Positions 27,915 through 37,115 of a DNA stretch of 64,000 nucleotides are shown in pieces (within the stretch, counting starts at the first letter, position 1; every line of letters begins with the position of its first letter). The translations under genes were made by a program, and so were the position numbers. The stretch comes from Candidatus Fraserbacteria bacterium (GTDB taxonomy: Bacteria > Bipolaricaulota > Bipolaricaulia > RBG-16-55-9). Location of the stretch: positions 1,368 through 65,367 of the forward strand of contig JBBIPG010000001.1 of NCBI GenBank assembly GCA_037442925.1, written 5' to 3'. The notes below the pieces were generated by a model. It was not told where the DNA came from. It was given only the letters and a program-made list of their open reading frames with translations, and ran no database searches.

Positions 27915-28028
27915 CTAGACCCGGCCAATCTTTCGCGCCAAGCGACTGCGATGGCGACGCCGGGCAGCCAGCTTCCTCTTGCGTTTGCGCATCCACTTTG
28001 GCATGTATTGCCGCTTCATCTTCGACAT
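27915..28028 (-). CDS. 37-aa Arg/Lys-rich small protein, possibly ribosomal bS22-like
   Basis: Reverse-complement reads AAGGAG-N8-ATG then MSKMKRQYMPKWMRKRKRKLAARRRHRSRLARKIGRV*. Composition resembles actinobacterial bS22. Below the ORF-track length cutoff. Confidence 0.45.
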   Translation of the reverse strand: MSKMKRQYMPKWMRKRKRKLAARRRHRSRLARKIGRV

Positions 28029-28117
28029 GTCGATTTCTCCTTCTGTCAGGATTGTGCCCGTGTATCAAGACGAAACACTATTATATTATACATCGGGAGA
28101 TTCCGTGTTGCCGCTGT

Positions 28118-28146
28118 TTGACAAGATCGGCAGCAGTTGGTAGTCT
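28118..28146 (+). promoter_or_regulatory. Putative promoter for infB
   Basis: TTGACA - 17 nt - TAGTCT. Confidence 0.45.
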
Positions 28147-28195
28147 GTGACGGGCTTCTACCCACATCGAAATTCGTTTCGCGAAAGGGAGAATA

Positions 28196-30046
28196 GTGAG
28201 GAAGCAGGTCTTTAGGATTGCAAAAGAGTTGGGGATTTCGAGTAAGCAGCTATTGGCAGATCTCAAAGAGCTGGGCATAGAGAAAGCGAACAACTTCAGT
28301 GCCCTTGAGGAAGACGAGTACGAGAGAGTCCAAGCATTCTACAAGAAAGGCCAAGCGGCTGCTGGAACTCCTCGAGCCGCCGTCGGGGTGATTGAGGCAG
28401 AGCCCCCGCCTGGCAAAGAGAAAGAAAAAGCCGCACAGGAAGCAGCGGTTGCCGTAGAAGAAGCAGTCGAGCCGGAGATTACACCCGAAGAGCCCAAGGT
28501 AGTTCCGCCACCGCCCAAGCCCAAAGTAAAACCCACAGGACAACCTCGCCCGCCGGTCGTGGCAGTACTGGGCCATGTCGATCACGGGAAGACCACGTTG
28601 CTCGACCAGATCCGCAAGACCCACGTGGCTGAGGGGGAAGCAGGCGGCATCACACAGTCCATTGGTGCTTACCAAGTTGAGTTTCAAGGGCAGAAGATCA
28701 CGTTCATCGACACACCCGGCCATCGGGCCTTCGCGGGCATGCGCGCCCGAGGCGCTCAAGTGACCGATATTGCCCTGCTGGTCGTCGCAGCGGATGACGG
28801 CGTCATGGAACAGACCCGCGAGGCTCTTGCCCATGCCCGCCACGCTCAAGTCCCAATCATCGTGGTCATCAACAAGATCGACAAGACCGGAGTGGATCTT
28901 AATCGCGTTAAGAAGCAGCTCCATGAAGAGGGGCTCACACCGGAAGACTGGGGCGGAAATACCATCACCGTTCCCGTCTCGGCACTCTCGGGCCAAGGGA
29001 TCGACGAACTGCTGGAAATGATTCTGCTCGTCGCTGAGCTCGAAGAACTGCGAGCGGATCCCAAGCGGCCCGCCCAAGGTACGATCATCGAGAGCTATCT
29101 GGACCCTACGCGCGGTCCGGTGGCTACGGCCATCATCAAGGATGGTACGCTGCGAGAGCGGGAGACGGTGATTGCCGGGACAGCATCAGGTCGTATCCGT
29201 GCTCTCCTGGATGATCGAGGAAGGCGCATTCAGGAAGCGCTCCCAAGCTCACCCGTGCAGATCTTAGGACTTTCGGAAGTACCCGCAGTAGGCATTCCCC
29301 TGGAGGTAGTCGAACACCCATCCCATGCAAGGCAGCTAGTACAAGCACGCAAGGAAGAGGAGCGGAAGGCGCGCCTCCAGCGTACGCACCGCACCTGGGA
29401 AGATGTGCTGGCTCAAGCTGCTGCACAGCAAGGACTGCTCAAGCTCATCCTCAAAGCCGACACGATCGGGTCGCTCGAGGCCGTTCAGAGTGAACTGCAG
29501 GGCATGGTGATTGACGGTGCGAAGCTGGAGTTCATCTACGCAAGCGTCGGCCACGTCAACGAGAGCGATGTGCTGCTGGCGGCGTCTTCGGAAGGGGAAA
29601 TCGGTGTGTTGGGCTTCCGCGTGGATGTCGATCCCAAGGCCAAGGAACTGGCAGACCAAGAGCACGTCACGATCCGCACCTATGAGATCATCTATCAGCT
29701 CACAGACGATGTGCGCCGCGCGCTCAAGGGCCTGATCGAACCGGAGTATGAAGAAGTCACGCTCGGTGAGATCGAAGTGCGCAACGTCTTCAAGATCCCC
29801 AAGGTGGGTGTGGTCGCCGGTTGTTATGTGAAGGAAGGGCAAGTCACGCACAGTGCCCAGATCCGGGTGCTTCGAAACAAAGCGGTCGTCTTCCAAGGGC
29901 GGATCCAGAGCCTCAAACGCTTCGATCAGGACGTGCGCGATGTCTCCAAAGACAAAGAGTGCGGCATCAAGATCAAGGGCTTTGATGAGATCAAGATCGG
30001 TGATCGAATCGAAGCCTTCACGCTCCGCCTGAAAGAGTCCTTGTAG
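28196..30046 (+). CDS. infB: Translation initiation factor IF-2 (short form)
   Basis: GHVDHGKTTLLD, DTPGH, NKID G-domain motifs. 616 aa. Confidence 0.92.
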   Translation: MRKQVFRIAKELGISSKQLLADLKELGIEKANNFSALEEDEYERVQAFYKKGQAAAGTPRAAVGVIEAEPPPGKEKEKAAQEAAVAVEEAVEPEITPEEPKVVPPPPKPKVKPTGQPRPPVVAVLGHVDHGKTTLLDQIRKTHVAEGEAGGITQSIGAYQVEFQGQKITFIDTPGHRAFAGMRARGAQVTDIALLVVAADDGVMEQTREALAHARHAQVPIIVVINKIDKTGVDLNRVKKQLHEEGLTPEDWGGNTITVPVSALSGQGIDELLEMILLVAELEELRADPKRPAQGTIIESYLDPTRGPVATAIIKDGTLRERETVIAGTASGRIRALLDDRGRRIQEALPSSPVQILGLSEVPAVGIPLEVVEHPSHARQLVQARKEEERKARLQRTHRTWEDVLAQAAAQQGLLKLILKADTIGSLEAVQSELQGMVIDGAKLEFIYASVGHVNESDVLLAASSEGEIGVLGFRVDVDPKAKELADQEHVTIRTYEIIYQLTDDVRRALKGLIEPEYEEVTLGEIEVRNVFKIPKVGVVAGCYVKEGQVTHSAQIRVLRNKAVVFQGRIQSLKRFDQDVRDVSKDKECGIKIKGFDEIKIGDRIEAFTLRLKESL

Positions 30047-30085
30047 GCGGGAGACTTTCCATCCGCGGGGTGTGGGTGAGAGTAT

Positions 30086-30367
30086 ATGCGCGTTGGAATT
30101 GCGCGGATGACGCTGCGCTTGCCACAGACTTCCTCCCTCAAAGACAAACGGCGCGTTCTTAAGAGTCTTATCGCCAAAGTCAAACAGGAGTTCAACGTCT
30201 CGATTGCAGAGGTGGACGAATTGGATAACAGGCGCGTGGCCGTCCTCGGTGTGGCCTTCGTCTCCAACGACGGACGTCTCAACCAACGTGTGATCCAGCA
30301 TCTTGTCTCCCTCATCAGCCACAATCCCCAAGTGTTCGTAGAAGACTGCCAGAGCGAGATCCTTTAG
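30086..30367 (+). CDS. DUF503 (YlxP-like) protein
   Basis: 93 aa between infB and rbfA, as in Bacillus ylxP. Confidence 0.7.
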   Translation: MRVGIARMTLRLPQTSSLKDKRRVLKSLIAKVKQEFNVSIAEVDELDNRRVAVLGVAFVSNDGRLNQRVIQHLVSLISHNPQVFVEDCQSEIL

Positions 30368-30369
30368 TC

Positions 30370-30720
30370 ATGAGCCGGAAGTGGCTGGAAAGAGTCCGTG
30401 AGGAGATCAAGCGCCGTCTCAGCGAGATATTACAATATGAAGCACGCGATCCTCGGCTGCAGCTGGTCACCGTGATGGATGTTCGCGTCTCGAGCGATCT
30501 GCACTATGCGACGATCTACGTGAGTGCCACGGGGAGAGAAGCTTCCTCTGAAGAAGAAGTGGTCAAAATACTAAACGGGCATCGGGGCTTCTTTCGCTCT
30601 GAGCTTGCCAAGCAGCTTCGGCTACGCCACACGCCCGAGTTGCGCTTTGAGCTTGATCTGGTAGAAAGGCGCGCCAGACGAATTGAAGAAGTGCTCAAAG
30701 AAGAAAACCGCAAGCTCTAG
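30370..30720 (+). CDS. rbfA: Ribosome-binding factor A
   Basis: 116 aa, RVSSDLHYATIYVS typical. Confidence 0.85.
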   Translation: MSRKWLERVREEIKRRLSEILQYEARDPRLQLVTVMDVRVSSDLHYATIYVSATGREASSEEEVVKILNGHRGFFRSELAKQLRLRHTPELRFELDLVERRARRIEEVLKEENRKL

Positions 30721-31254
30721 CTATTCACGGTTGTTGGTTGCACACTCCACCAGCGCGTAGTGTTCATCGAGCCACTGCCCGATCACGTTCTCTCTCGCTC
30801 GGTGATGGGCATAGTGCATGTGAAGACACTTCACTTGGCTCCAATCTCGTAATCCTCCGATCCCGCGCTTCAAGAAGACAGAAGCCAAGCCCTTGGCTTC
30901 TATCCAGCGGCGATCACGTTCTGTCAGTTCCGCCCAGCGTTCCCGGATATAGGCCTGATGATTCTCGTGGTAACGGGCACGCAAGGATGCGTCGTCTTGG
31001 ATGAGCTTTTCGATGACTCGGATCAGACCCTGATATTCCAGCTGAGAGATCTGCTGGATCAAAGCTGGGCAACTGAGCCAGAAGAGCGTCGGGAACGGCC
31101 TCTCATCGAGGAGCGGGTAGACGCGGATCACTTGAGGATGTCTCGCCGGACAGTATCTCTCAATGGTGCGCACGCCCCTTGGGAAACGCCCAAGCTGTCC
31201 TGTCAAGATCTCAATCTCGCGTCCCGTGACCATAGCCGAAGTGAGAATAGACAA
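30721..31254 (-). CDS. Conserved hypothetical protein (possibly DUF501-like)
   Basis: 177 aa, no confident family. Abuts rbfA stop. Confidence 0.45.
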   Translation of the reverse strand: MSILTSAMVTGREIEILTGQLGRFPRGVRTIERYCPARHPQVIRVYPLLDERPFPTLFWLSCPALIQQISQLEYQGLIRVIEKLIQDDASLRARYHENHQAYIRERWAELTERDRRWIEAKGLASVFLKRGIGGLRDWSQVKCLHMHYAHHRARENVIGQWLDEHYALVECATNNRE

Positions 31255-31441
31255 TGATCCTCGCTATTGCAACTCAAAGAATCGCTATAGCCAAGACACC
31301 TGATGGGATGAGTGTGGCTAAAGAGTGTCAGAATCTTCCTCTTCCCTCGTAGAATGATGAATGCTCGTGTAGCGAGTAACCCGTAGGGACAGGAACGGCT
31401 CTTCTCTGCCTCCGGAAGAGCACTGCCCTCCACCATATCCT

Positions 31442-31472
31442 CGGCGGCCCTCCCCCCAGGGCCGCCGTTTTT
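31442..31472 (+). terminator. Intrinsic terminator on + strand with no annotated + gene upstream
   Basis: CGGCGGCCCT-cccccc-AGGGCCGCCG then TTTTT. Confidence 0.5.
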
Positions 31473-33121
31473 CATGGCAAGACATGGATCTGCCAGGGTC
31501 CAGTGACCACGATCTCCGGCCCGTTGTACTCTTCGAGTTCTCCGGTCACCTCAACCATCTGGTCCTGAAGTCCAAAGAGATCGAGGCCACTTCCCGTGAA
31601 TCTCTCCAGTGCACAGGCAGGGATGAAGGCCGTGAAGTCCGTCTTGTAGTCCTCCCCTGCGTTGAGATAGACATGGCCTTGGCGCCCTGTAGGCTCTGGC
31701 TTGTTGACGACCTGGAAACGCACAGTGACCGTTTTGCCCTCATAGAGTCGGAGATCTTCTCCAGCTTGTTCAGGGCCGAGCGAAGGAATATTGTCTGGTA
31801 CCCATGTGCGATAGACATTCGAATAGTCCGTCCACTGATCTGCAGTCTGACTCCGAACTTGATAGGCATATTCGCGGCCCGGCGTGACTTCCCGATCAAT
31901 AAAATACCAAGCCCAACCCGGAGCTTCATACTTCTGCTCACAGGCCGAGGCTGTCGAATCGCTTAGGCGGCATATCTCATAGCGGTCAATCACCCCCAGG
32001 GCATAGGGGTGCCATTGAATGAGAGATCCATCTCGCACCACGTCGAAGTGACGGACTTCCACACGGGGAGGTTGATGACTGTCCCGTTCATACGTTCGTG
32101 TATCTTCCACGAGTTGTTCGAAACTCTCTCGATATTGCTGTGCGATCTCCTCACTGTGAATGACAAGTATGTTCTCATCATTGTTCTCCATGCCACTCTG
32201 GGACCAGTTAGCGGAGCCGGTAATCACAATGCGATCATCGATGACGGCGAATTTGTGATGGAGAAGTCCCGGGTTGGCTTCCGAGACACCAATGCCGGCT
32301 TTCTCCAAATCATCGGCTTTCGAGAACTGACAGTCTGCCAGATTGAGAAAATCCCAGAGGGCTTCGATGCGTACGCCTTTTCGATAGGCTGCCAACAACT
32401 CGTCATACAGGGCAGAATCCGTGAAGGCGTAGACAGCGATCTGTATAGACTCCTGTGCGCGGCGGATCAGCTCGAGCAGGCGTTGACGCGGTTGGTCACT
32501 CGGAGAGAAATACACCTCCAGGGCGATGCCATCCACTGTGAAACGCTCGTCGTTTGTATCCCGTTTGGAGGAGCCGTAGCGGCCGGCAGAGTACATCTCT
32601 TCAAATTCGGCCTCGTAGGCTCGCGCCACGGCCTGACTCTGGATCACCACCGAGTTATTCGCATCGAAGTAGAAGCCCGATTCCGTCCAGTTGGTGGAAC
32701 CCGTCCAGACGGTGCGTTGATCGACGACCATGAATTTGTGGTGCATCAGGCGCTCATTCTCATCGAGTTTGAGTTGGACACAGCTGGCAAGTCTTGGAGG
32801 GCGGGATTGCCCGGCTTCGAGAACGAGGCGGATCGTCACGCGGCGAGTGCAGGCACGCTCAAGAGCGTCCAGAAGAGCGTGCATCGTCAGATGATACATC
32901 GCGATGTCCAGCGACGAGTCGGCGGAATCGATGAGATCGATGAGAACTTGATCGAGGCCGTTGGCTTGAGTGGACAGATGAGTCATGTCTGGAAGTCCTG
33001 CAAGTGGATTATTGAAGTAAACGATGATGCTTTCTGACGCGGACTGCGCGGCCTGGCGAGAGGCTGTGGCTCCGCACCCTGTAAGTCCGATGAGGAGAAG
33101 CAGAATCCAAAGTTTTCGCAT
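31472..33121 (-). CDS. Phospholipase D-family lipoprotein (two HKD motifs) with extra C-terminal domain
   Basis: HHKFMVVD...GSTNWT and HHKFAVID...GSANWS. LTGC lipobox. Confidence 0.8.
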   Translation of the reverse strand: MRKLWILLLLIGLTGCGATASRQAAQSASESIIVYFNNPLAGLPDMTHLSTQANGLDQVLIDLIDSADSSLDIAMYHLTMHALLDALERACTRRVTIRLVLEAGQSRPPRLASCVQLKLDENERLMHHKFMVVDQRTVWTGSTNWTESGFYFDANNSVVIQSQAVARAYEAEFEEMYSAGRYGSSKRDTNDERFTVDGIALEVYFSPSDQPRQRLLELIRRAQESIQIAVYAFTDSALYDELLAAYRKGVRIEALWDFLNLADCQFSKADDLEKAGIGVSEANPGLLHHKFAVIDDRIVITGSANWSQSGMENNDENILVIHSEEIAQQYRESFEQLVEDTRTYERDSHQPPRVEVRHFDVVRDGSLIQWHPYALGVIDRYEICRLSDSTASACEQKYEAPGWAWYFIDREVTPGREYAYQVRSQTADQWTDYSNVYRTWVPDNIPSLGPEQAGEDLRLYEGKTVTVRFQVVNKPEPTGRQGHVYLNAGEDYKTDFTAFIPACALERFTGSGLDLFGLQDQMVEVTGELEEYNGPEIVVTGPWQIHVLP

Positions 33122-33174
33122 GGCTTTTCAATTATAGCTCTGTCGTCCAACTCGAAGTCAAGGCGCTAAGACGT

Positions 33175-33203
33175 TTGAATTGCTCGGAACACAATACTAT
33201 ACT
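33175..33203 (+). promoter_or_regulatory. Putative promoter for sucD
   Basis: TTGAAT - 17 nt - TATACT. Confidence 0.4.
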
Positions 33204-33227
33204 CAAGGCGTACGAAGGGGGCGTTTG

Positions 33228-34103
33228 ATGAGCATTCTCATCGACGAACATACACGAGTGTTGGTGCAGGGAATCACGGGGAAAGAAGGGTCTTTTCACA
33301 CCCAGCGCATGGTCGAATACGGCACGAAAGTCGTCGCCGGCGTCACCCCCGGCAAGGGGGGCAGCTCGTTTGACGGAATCCCCATTTACAACAGCGTCGC
33401 GGAAGCCATGGGAAGACACGGGATCGATGCGGCGGCCATCTTCGTCCCGGCGCGCTTTGCGAGCGATGCCATCATCGAAGAGGTGGATGCCGGTATCCCG
33501 CTCATCGTGTGCATCACCGAAGGCATTCCCCTGCACCAGATGCTCAGAACCTATGAGATTGTGAGAATCCGCGGTGCCCGCCTCATTGGACCGAATTGCC
33601 CCGGTCTCCTCTCGGCGGGCAAATCCAAGATTGGAATCATCCCGGGGCAGATCTTCACGAAAGGACCCGTCGGCGTCGTATCACGCAGTGGCACGCTGAC
33701 GTACGAGATCGTTGATCAGCTCACAAGAGCAGGCATAGGGCAGACGACAGCTGTGGGCATCGGCGGTGATCCTGTGATTGGCAGCTCCTTCATCGATATG
33801 TTGGAGCTCTTCGAGAAAGACCCAGAAACGGAGCTGGTCGTGCTCGTGGGCGAGATCGGTGGCAGCGACGAGGAACAGGCAGCAGAATTCATCTGGGGTC
33901 AAATGAGCAAGCCCGTTGTCGCATATATCGCAGGATTCGCGGCCCCGGCGGGTAAGCGCATGGGACATGCCGGAGCGATCATCACGGGCTCCTTGGGAAC
34001 GGCAGAAGCGAAGGCGAAGGCCCTGGAAGCCAAGGGCATTCCGGTAGCACGCACCCCTGGTCAGATCGTCGAACTGGTGAAACAGAAGCTGCACAAAACA
34101 TAG
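33228..34103 (+). CDS. sucD: Succinyl-CoA synthetase alpha subunit (CoA-binding)
   Basis: [26 protein letters not shown] motifs. ATG after GAAGGGGG. Confidence 0.88.
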   Translation: MSILIDEHTRVLVQGITGKEGSFHTQRMVEYGTKVVAGVTPGKGGSSFDGIPIYNSVAEAMGRHGIDAAAIFVPARFASDAIIEEVDAGIPLIVCITEGIPLHQMLRTYEIVRIRGARLIGPNCPGLLSAGKSKIGIIPGQIFTKGPVGVVSRSGTLTYEIVDQLTRAGIGQTTAVGIGGDPVIGSSFIDMLELFEKDPETELVVLVGEIGGSDEEQAAEFIWGQMSKPVVAYIAGFAAPAGKRMGHAGAIITGSLGTAEAKAKALEAKGIPVARTPGQIVELVKQKLHKT

Positions 34104-34106
34104 AAC

Positions 34107-35192
34107 ATGGGCTTTACGTGTGGGCTGGTCGGACTTCCCAATGCCGGAAAGTCGACGCTGTTTAACGCCCTCACGTCCGCCGGCGCCAAAGTCGCGAGTT
34201 TCCCCTTTAGTACCATGGAACCGCAAGTGGGCATCGTTCCTGTTCCGGATGAGCAGTTGGAGCGTCTGGCGAAACTGTTTCCGGAGAAGCGCAAAGTCCC
34301 TACAACGCTTGAGTTCATCGATATTGCAGGTCTTGTAAAGGGAGCCCATCGAGGCGAGGGTCTGGGCAATCAGTTTCTAGCGGAGATCCGCAACGTGGAT
34401 GTGATGGTGCATGTGGTGCGATGCTTTGAGGACCCCAACGTCGTCCATCCGGAGGGCACTCTCGATCCGAGGCGCGACATCGAACTCGTGGAGACAGAGC
34501 TTTTGTTGAAAGACCTTGAGACGTTGGAGAAAAAACTAAAAACTGTCGAATCCCAGGCGCGCGTGGGTGACAAGACCGCTCGCGCAGAGATCCCCTTTTA
34601 TCAGAGACTCATAGACGCGGTGGGGCGTGGCCAGGCCCTTCGGCAATTGGAGCTTCACCCCGAAGAGAAAGTGAAACTCAAAGAGATCAGCCCACTCACG
34701 CTCAAGCCGGTTCTCTATGCCGCCAATGTGGGAGAAGAGCGAAAGTATATCGAAGTCGTCGAGAAAGTGGCTGCTGAACGAGGTGGAGCTGCAGTTGTCA
34801 TCTTTGGGAAGCTCGAAATGGAGGTGGGTGAGACAACGGAAGTCCCAACGGAGCGCGAGGCGTATCTGAAAGAGTGGGGTATTGGTGAATCGGGGCTGAA
34901 AAAGCTCGTACGCGCCGGGTATAAGCTTCTTCACTTGGTGACATTCTACACGGTGGATGGCCCAGAAGTGCGCGCGTGGACGGTGCCACAAGGAATGGGG
35001 GCGCGGCAGGCCGCAGGAAAGATCCACAGCGACTTTGAGAAGCATTTCATCCACGCGGATGTGGTGCGCGTGGACGATCTCGTACAGCACGGTTCTCTGG
35101 CAAAGCTTCGTGAGCTGGGAAAATTCCATCGGCAGGGTGAAAAATACCCGGTTCAGGATGGTGACGTGATCCACTTCGTCGTGGCTGGATGA
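34107..35192 (+). CDS. ychF: Ribosome-binding ATPase YchF
   Basis: GLVGLPNAGKSTLFNALT and TGS domain. Confidence 0.92.
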   Translation: MGFTCGLVGLPNAGKSTLFNALTSAGAKVASFPFSTMEPQVGIVPVPDEQLERLAKLFPEKRKVPTTLEFIDIAGLVKGAHRGEGLGNQFLAEIRNVDVMVHVVRCFEDPNVVHPEGTLDPRRDIELVETELLLKDLETLEKKLKTVESQARVGDKTARAEIPFYQRLIDAVGRGQALRQLELHPEEKVKLKEISPLTLKPVLYAANVGEERKYIEVVEKVAAERGGAAVVIFGKLEMEVGETTEVPTEREAYLKEWGIGESGLKKLVRAGYKLLHLVTFYTVDGPEVRAWTVPQGMGARQAAGKIHSDFEKHFIHADVVRVDDLVQHGSLAKLRELGKFHRQGEKYPVQDGDVIHFVVAG

Positions 35193-35198
35193 TCTTCC

Positions 35199-35840
35199 AT
35201 GTCAGCGGGCATTCTTCATCTGCGTGCCGAGCAGGGTCTTGCTGTATCAGAACAAGAACAAGAACAGATACGCGAAGTCGTGCACGGCGGGAAGATTCTC
35301 ATCTTCCCTACAGACACCATTTACGGGTTAGGGTGCGATGCCTTCAATGACAGAGCCGTTGAGCGAGTTTATAGAATCAAAGGGCGCGCTCCGGAGCGAC
35401 CGTTCTCTGTGCACGTGGCGAGCGTTTCGGTTATCGAGCAGTATGTAGCCCCACTTACGGGACGTCAGCGTGATTTGCTAGAAAGGCTTCTGCCCGGTCC
35501 CTACACAGTGGTGATGAGAGCTTCCCCTATGGCTCCACCCATGTGTGTAAGCCATGAAGGCAAGATCGGTCTACGAGTGCCCGCGAGTCGTTCCTTCCGG
35601 CTCGTGTATGAAGCTCCCGGACGTCCGCTCGTGGGCACGAGCGCCAACCGCTCTGGCGAGCCGCCGCTACCTTCCATAGACGAGATCATCGAGCGATTCT
35701 CACATGCTGTGGACCTCATCGTTGCCACCGATGAGCCCATGACTCAAGTGAGTTCGAGTGTAATTGACATTACCGTCGATCCCCCACGGGTGTTGAGGGG
35801 AAGACTGCCCGAAGGCATTGTATGGCGGGAGGATCACTGA
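35199..35840 (+). CDS. tsaC: L-threonylcarbamoyladenylate synthase (YrdC/TsaC short form)
   Basis: ILIFPTDTIYGLGCDA motif. Confidence 0.8.
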   Translation: MSAGILHLRAEQGLAVSEQEQEQIREVVHGGKILIFPTDTIYGLGCDAFNDRAVERVYRIKGRAPERPFSVHVASVSVIEQYVAPLTGRQRDLLERLLPGPYTVVMRASPMAPPMCVSHEGKIGLRVPASRSFRLVYEAPGRPLVGTSANRSGEPPLPSIDEIIERFSHAVDLIVATDEPMTQVSSSVIDITVDPPRVLRGRLPEGIVWREDH

Positions 35841-37093
35841 TGGAGCTAGCGGCACTTGTGATCTTTCTCATCACGTACATCATCATCGCTATTCAGAAGC
35901 TGCCTTTTATTCACATCAGTCGAGCCGCGGGTGCGTTGGTCGGTGCTGTGGCCATGTGCCTCTTTGGGGTGCTCACTCCGGAGCAGGCTTATGCGGCGAT
36001 TGACCTGGACACACTCGTATTCCTTTTGGGGATGATGATCCTGGTAGCACATCTCGAGATCGCCGGTTTCTTTGAAGTTCTCGAACTATGGATTCTGCGT
36101 CGGGCGCGCAGTCGCCGGGGGTTGCTGGGCCTGGTCGTGGCTTCCAGTGGCCTGCTTTCGTCTCTTTTCATGAACGACACGATTAGCTTGATGTTCACGC
36201 CCGTTCTACTGCGTCTCACGCAACGGTTCCAGCTGAATCCACTGCCGTATCTTTTGGGGTTAGTGATGGCAGCCAATGCGGGTAGCGTCGCCACACTCAT
36301 CGGGAATCCCCAACACATGCTGATCAGCCTACGGGGTCAGCTGGGGTTCCTGGAGTTTACCGCTGCCTTGGGACCGGTGGCTCTGGTGAATCTTGTCATC
36401 ATCTTCGCTGGGCTCTGCCTCCTCTTTCGGCGTGAACTTGGGGGACCCATCTCCTTGTGGGAGGAAGGTCTTCCAGAGTATCACGACCTTGTGCGGCAGC
36501 GTGGGCTTCTGTTCGTAGGGCTCGTCGTGATGGGGCTCTTTCTCGCGTTGCTCCTGGCAGGAACTCCTCCCCAGTGGGCGGCCATCCTCTGCGCCGCTCT
36601 GCTTCTTGTGTTGAGCAGCAACCGTCCCCGCCGGGCCCTTCAGCAGGTGGATTGGACCCTCTTGCTGCTCTTTGCTGGGCTTTTCATTGTCATGCGCGGT
36701 CTGGAGGAGGTGAACTGGGTTGAGAAGCTTATGGCGTGGGTTCAGCCTTGGTTTTCTGCGGAGAGTTCTGGATTCGGCTCACTGATGCCGCTCGCAGGGA
36801 TTACCGTCTTAGCCAGCAATCTTGTGAGTAACGTGCCTGCTGTGCTGCTTTTGGCGCCGCTTCTAGAGCATACCGGGGTTGGCTCAGATTCCTGGCTGAC
36901 TCTCGCGATGTCCTCGACTCTCGCGGGCAACCTCACGATCATTGGCTCGGCAGCGAACTTGATCGTCCTGGAGATCGCTGCAACTCGCGGTGTTCATATC
37001 GGCTTCTGGAGCTATTTCCGCGTGGGACTGCCTCTGACACTGCTTACTGTTGTCATCGGTGCTCTCTGGCTGATGTTTCGTGCTCTACTATAG
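35822..37093 (+). CDS. ArsB/NhaD-superfamily anion permease
   Basis: 423 aa, about 10-12 TM. Overlaps tsaC by 19 nt. Confidence 0.6.
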   Translation: MAGGSLMELAALVIFLITYIIIAIQKLPFIHISRAAGALVGAVAMCLFGVLTPEQAYAAIDLDTLVFLLGMMILVAHLEIAGFFEVLELWILRRARSRRGLLGLVVASSGLLSSLFMNDTISLMFTPVLLRLTQRFQLNPLPYLLGLVMAANAGSVATLIGNPQHMLISLRGQLGFLEFTAALGPVALVNLVIIFAGLCLLFRRELGGPISLWEEGLPEYHDLVRQRGLLFVGLVVMGLFLALLLAGTPPQWAAILCAALLLVLSSNRPRRALQQVDWTLLLLFAGLFIVMRGLEEVNWVEKLMAWVQPWFSAESSGFGSLMPLAGITVLASNLVSNVPAVLLLAPLLEHTGVGSDSWLTLAMSSTLAGNLTIIGSAANLIVLEIAATRGVHIGFWSYFRVGLPLTLLTVVIGALWLMFRALL

Positions 37094-37115
37094 AAATCAG
37101 GCTTTGCAGGGCAAC

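Noticed and set aside
28250-30331. Long antisense ORFs within infB (28250..29077 -, 29336..30331 -)
   Set aside because: Opposite strand of a highly conserved G-domain gene. Composition typical of GC-rich shadow frames.
30721-31254. Assigning the 177-aa protein to DUF501
   Set aside because: Only a vague recollection of family resemblance and Actinobacteria-like eno-ftsB-DUF501 context. Not enough to name it, so kept as hypothetical.
32009-33037. 342-aa + strand ORF antisense to the PLD-family gene
   Set aside because: PLD frame carries both HKD motifs. Antisense frame has no features.
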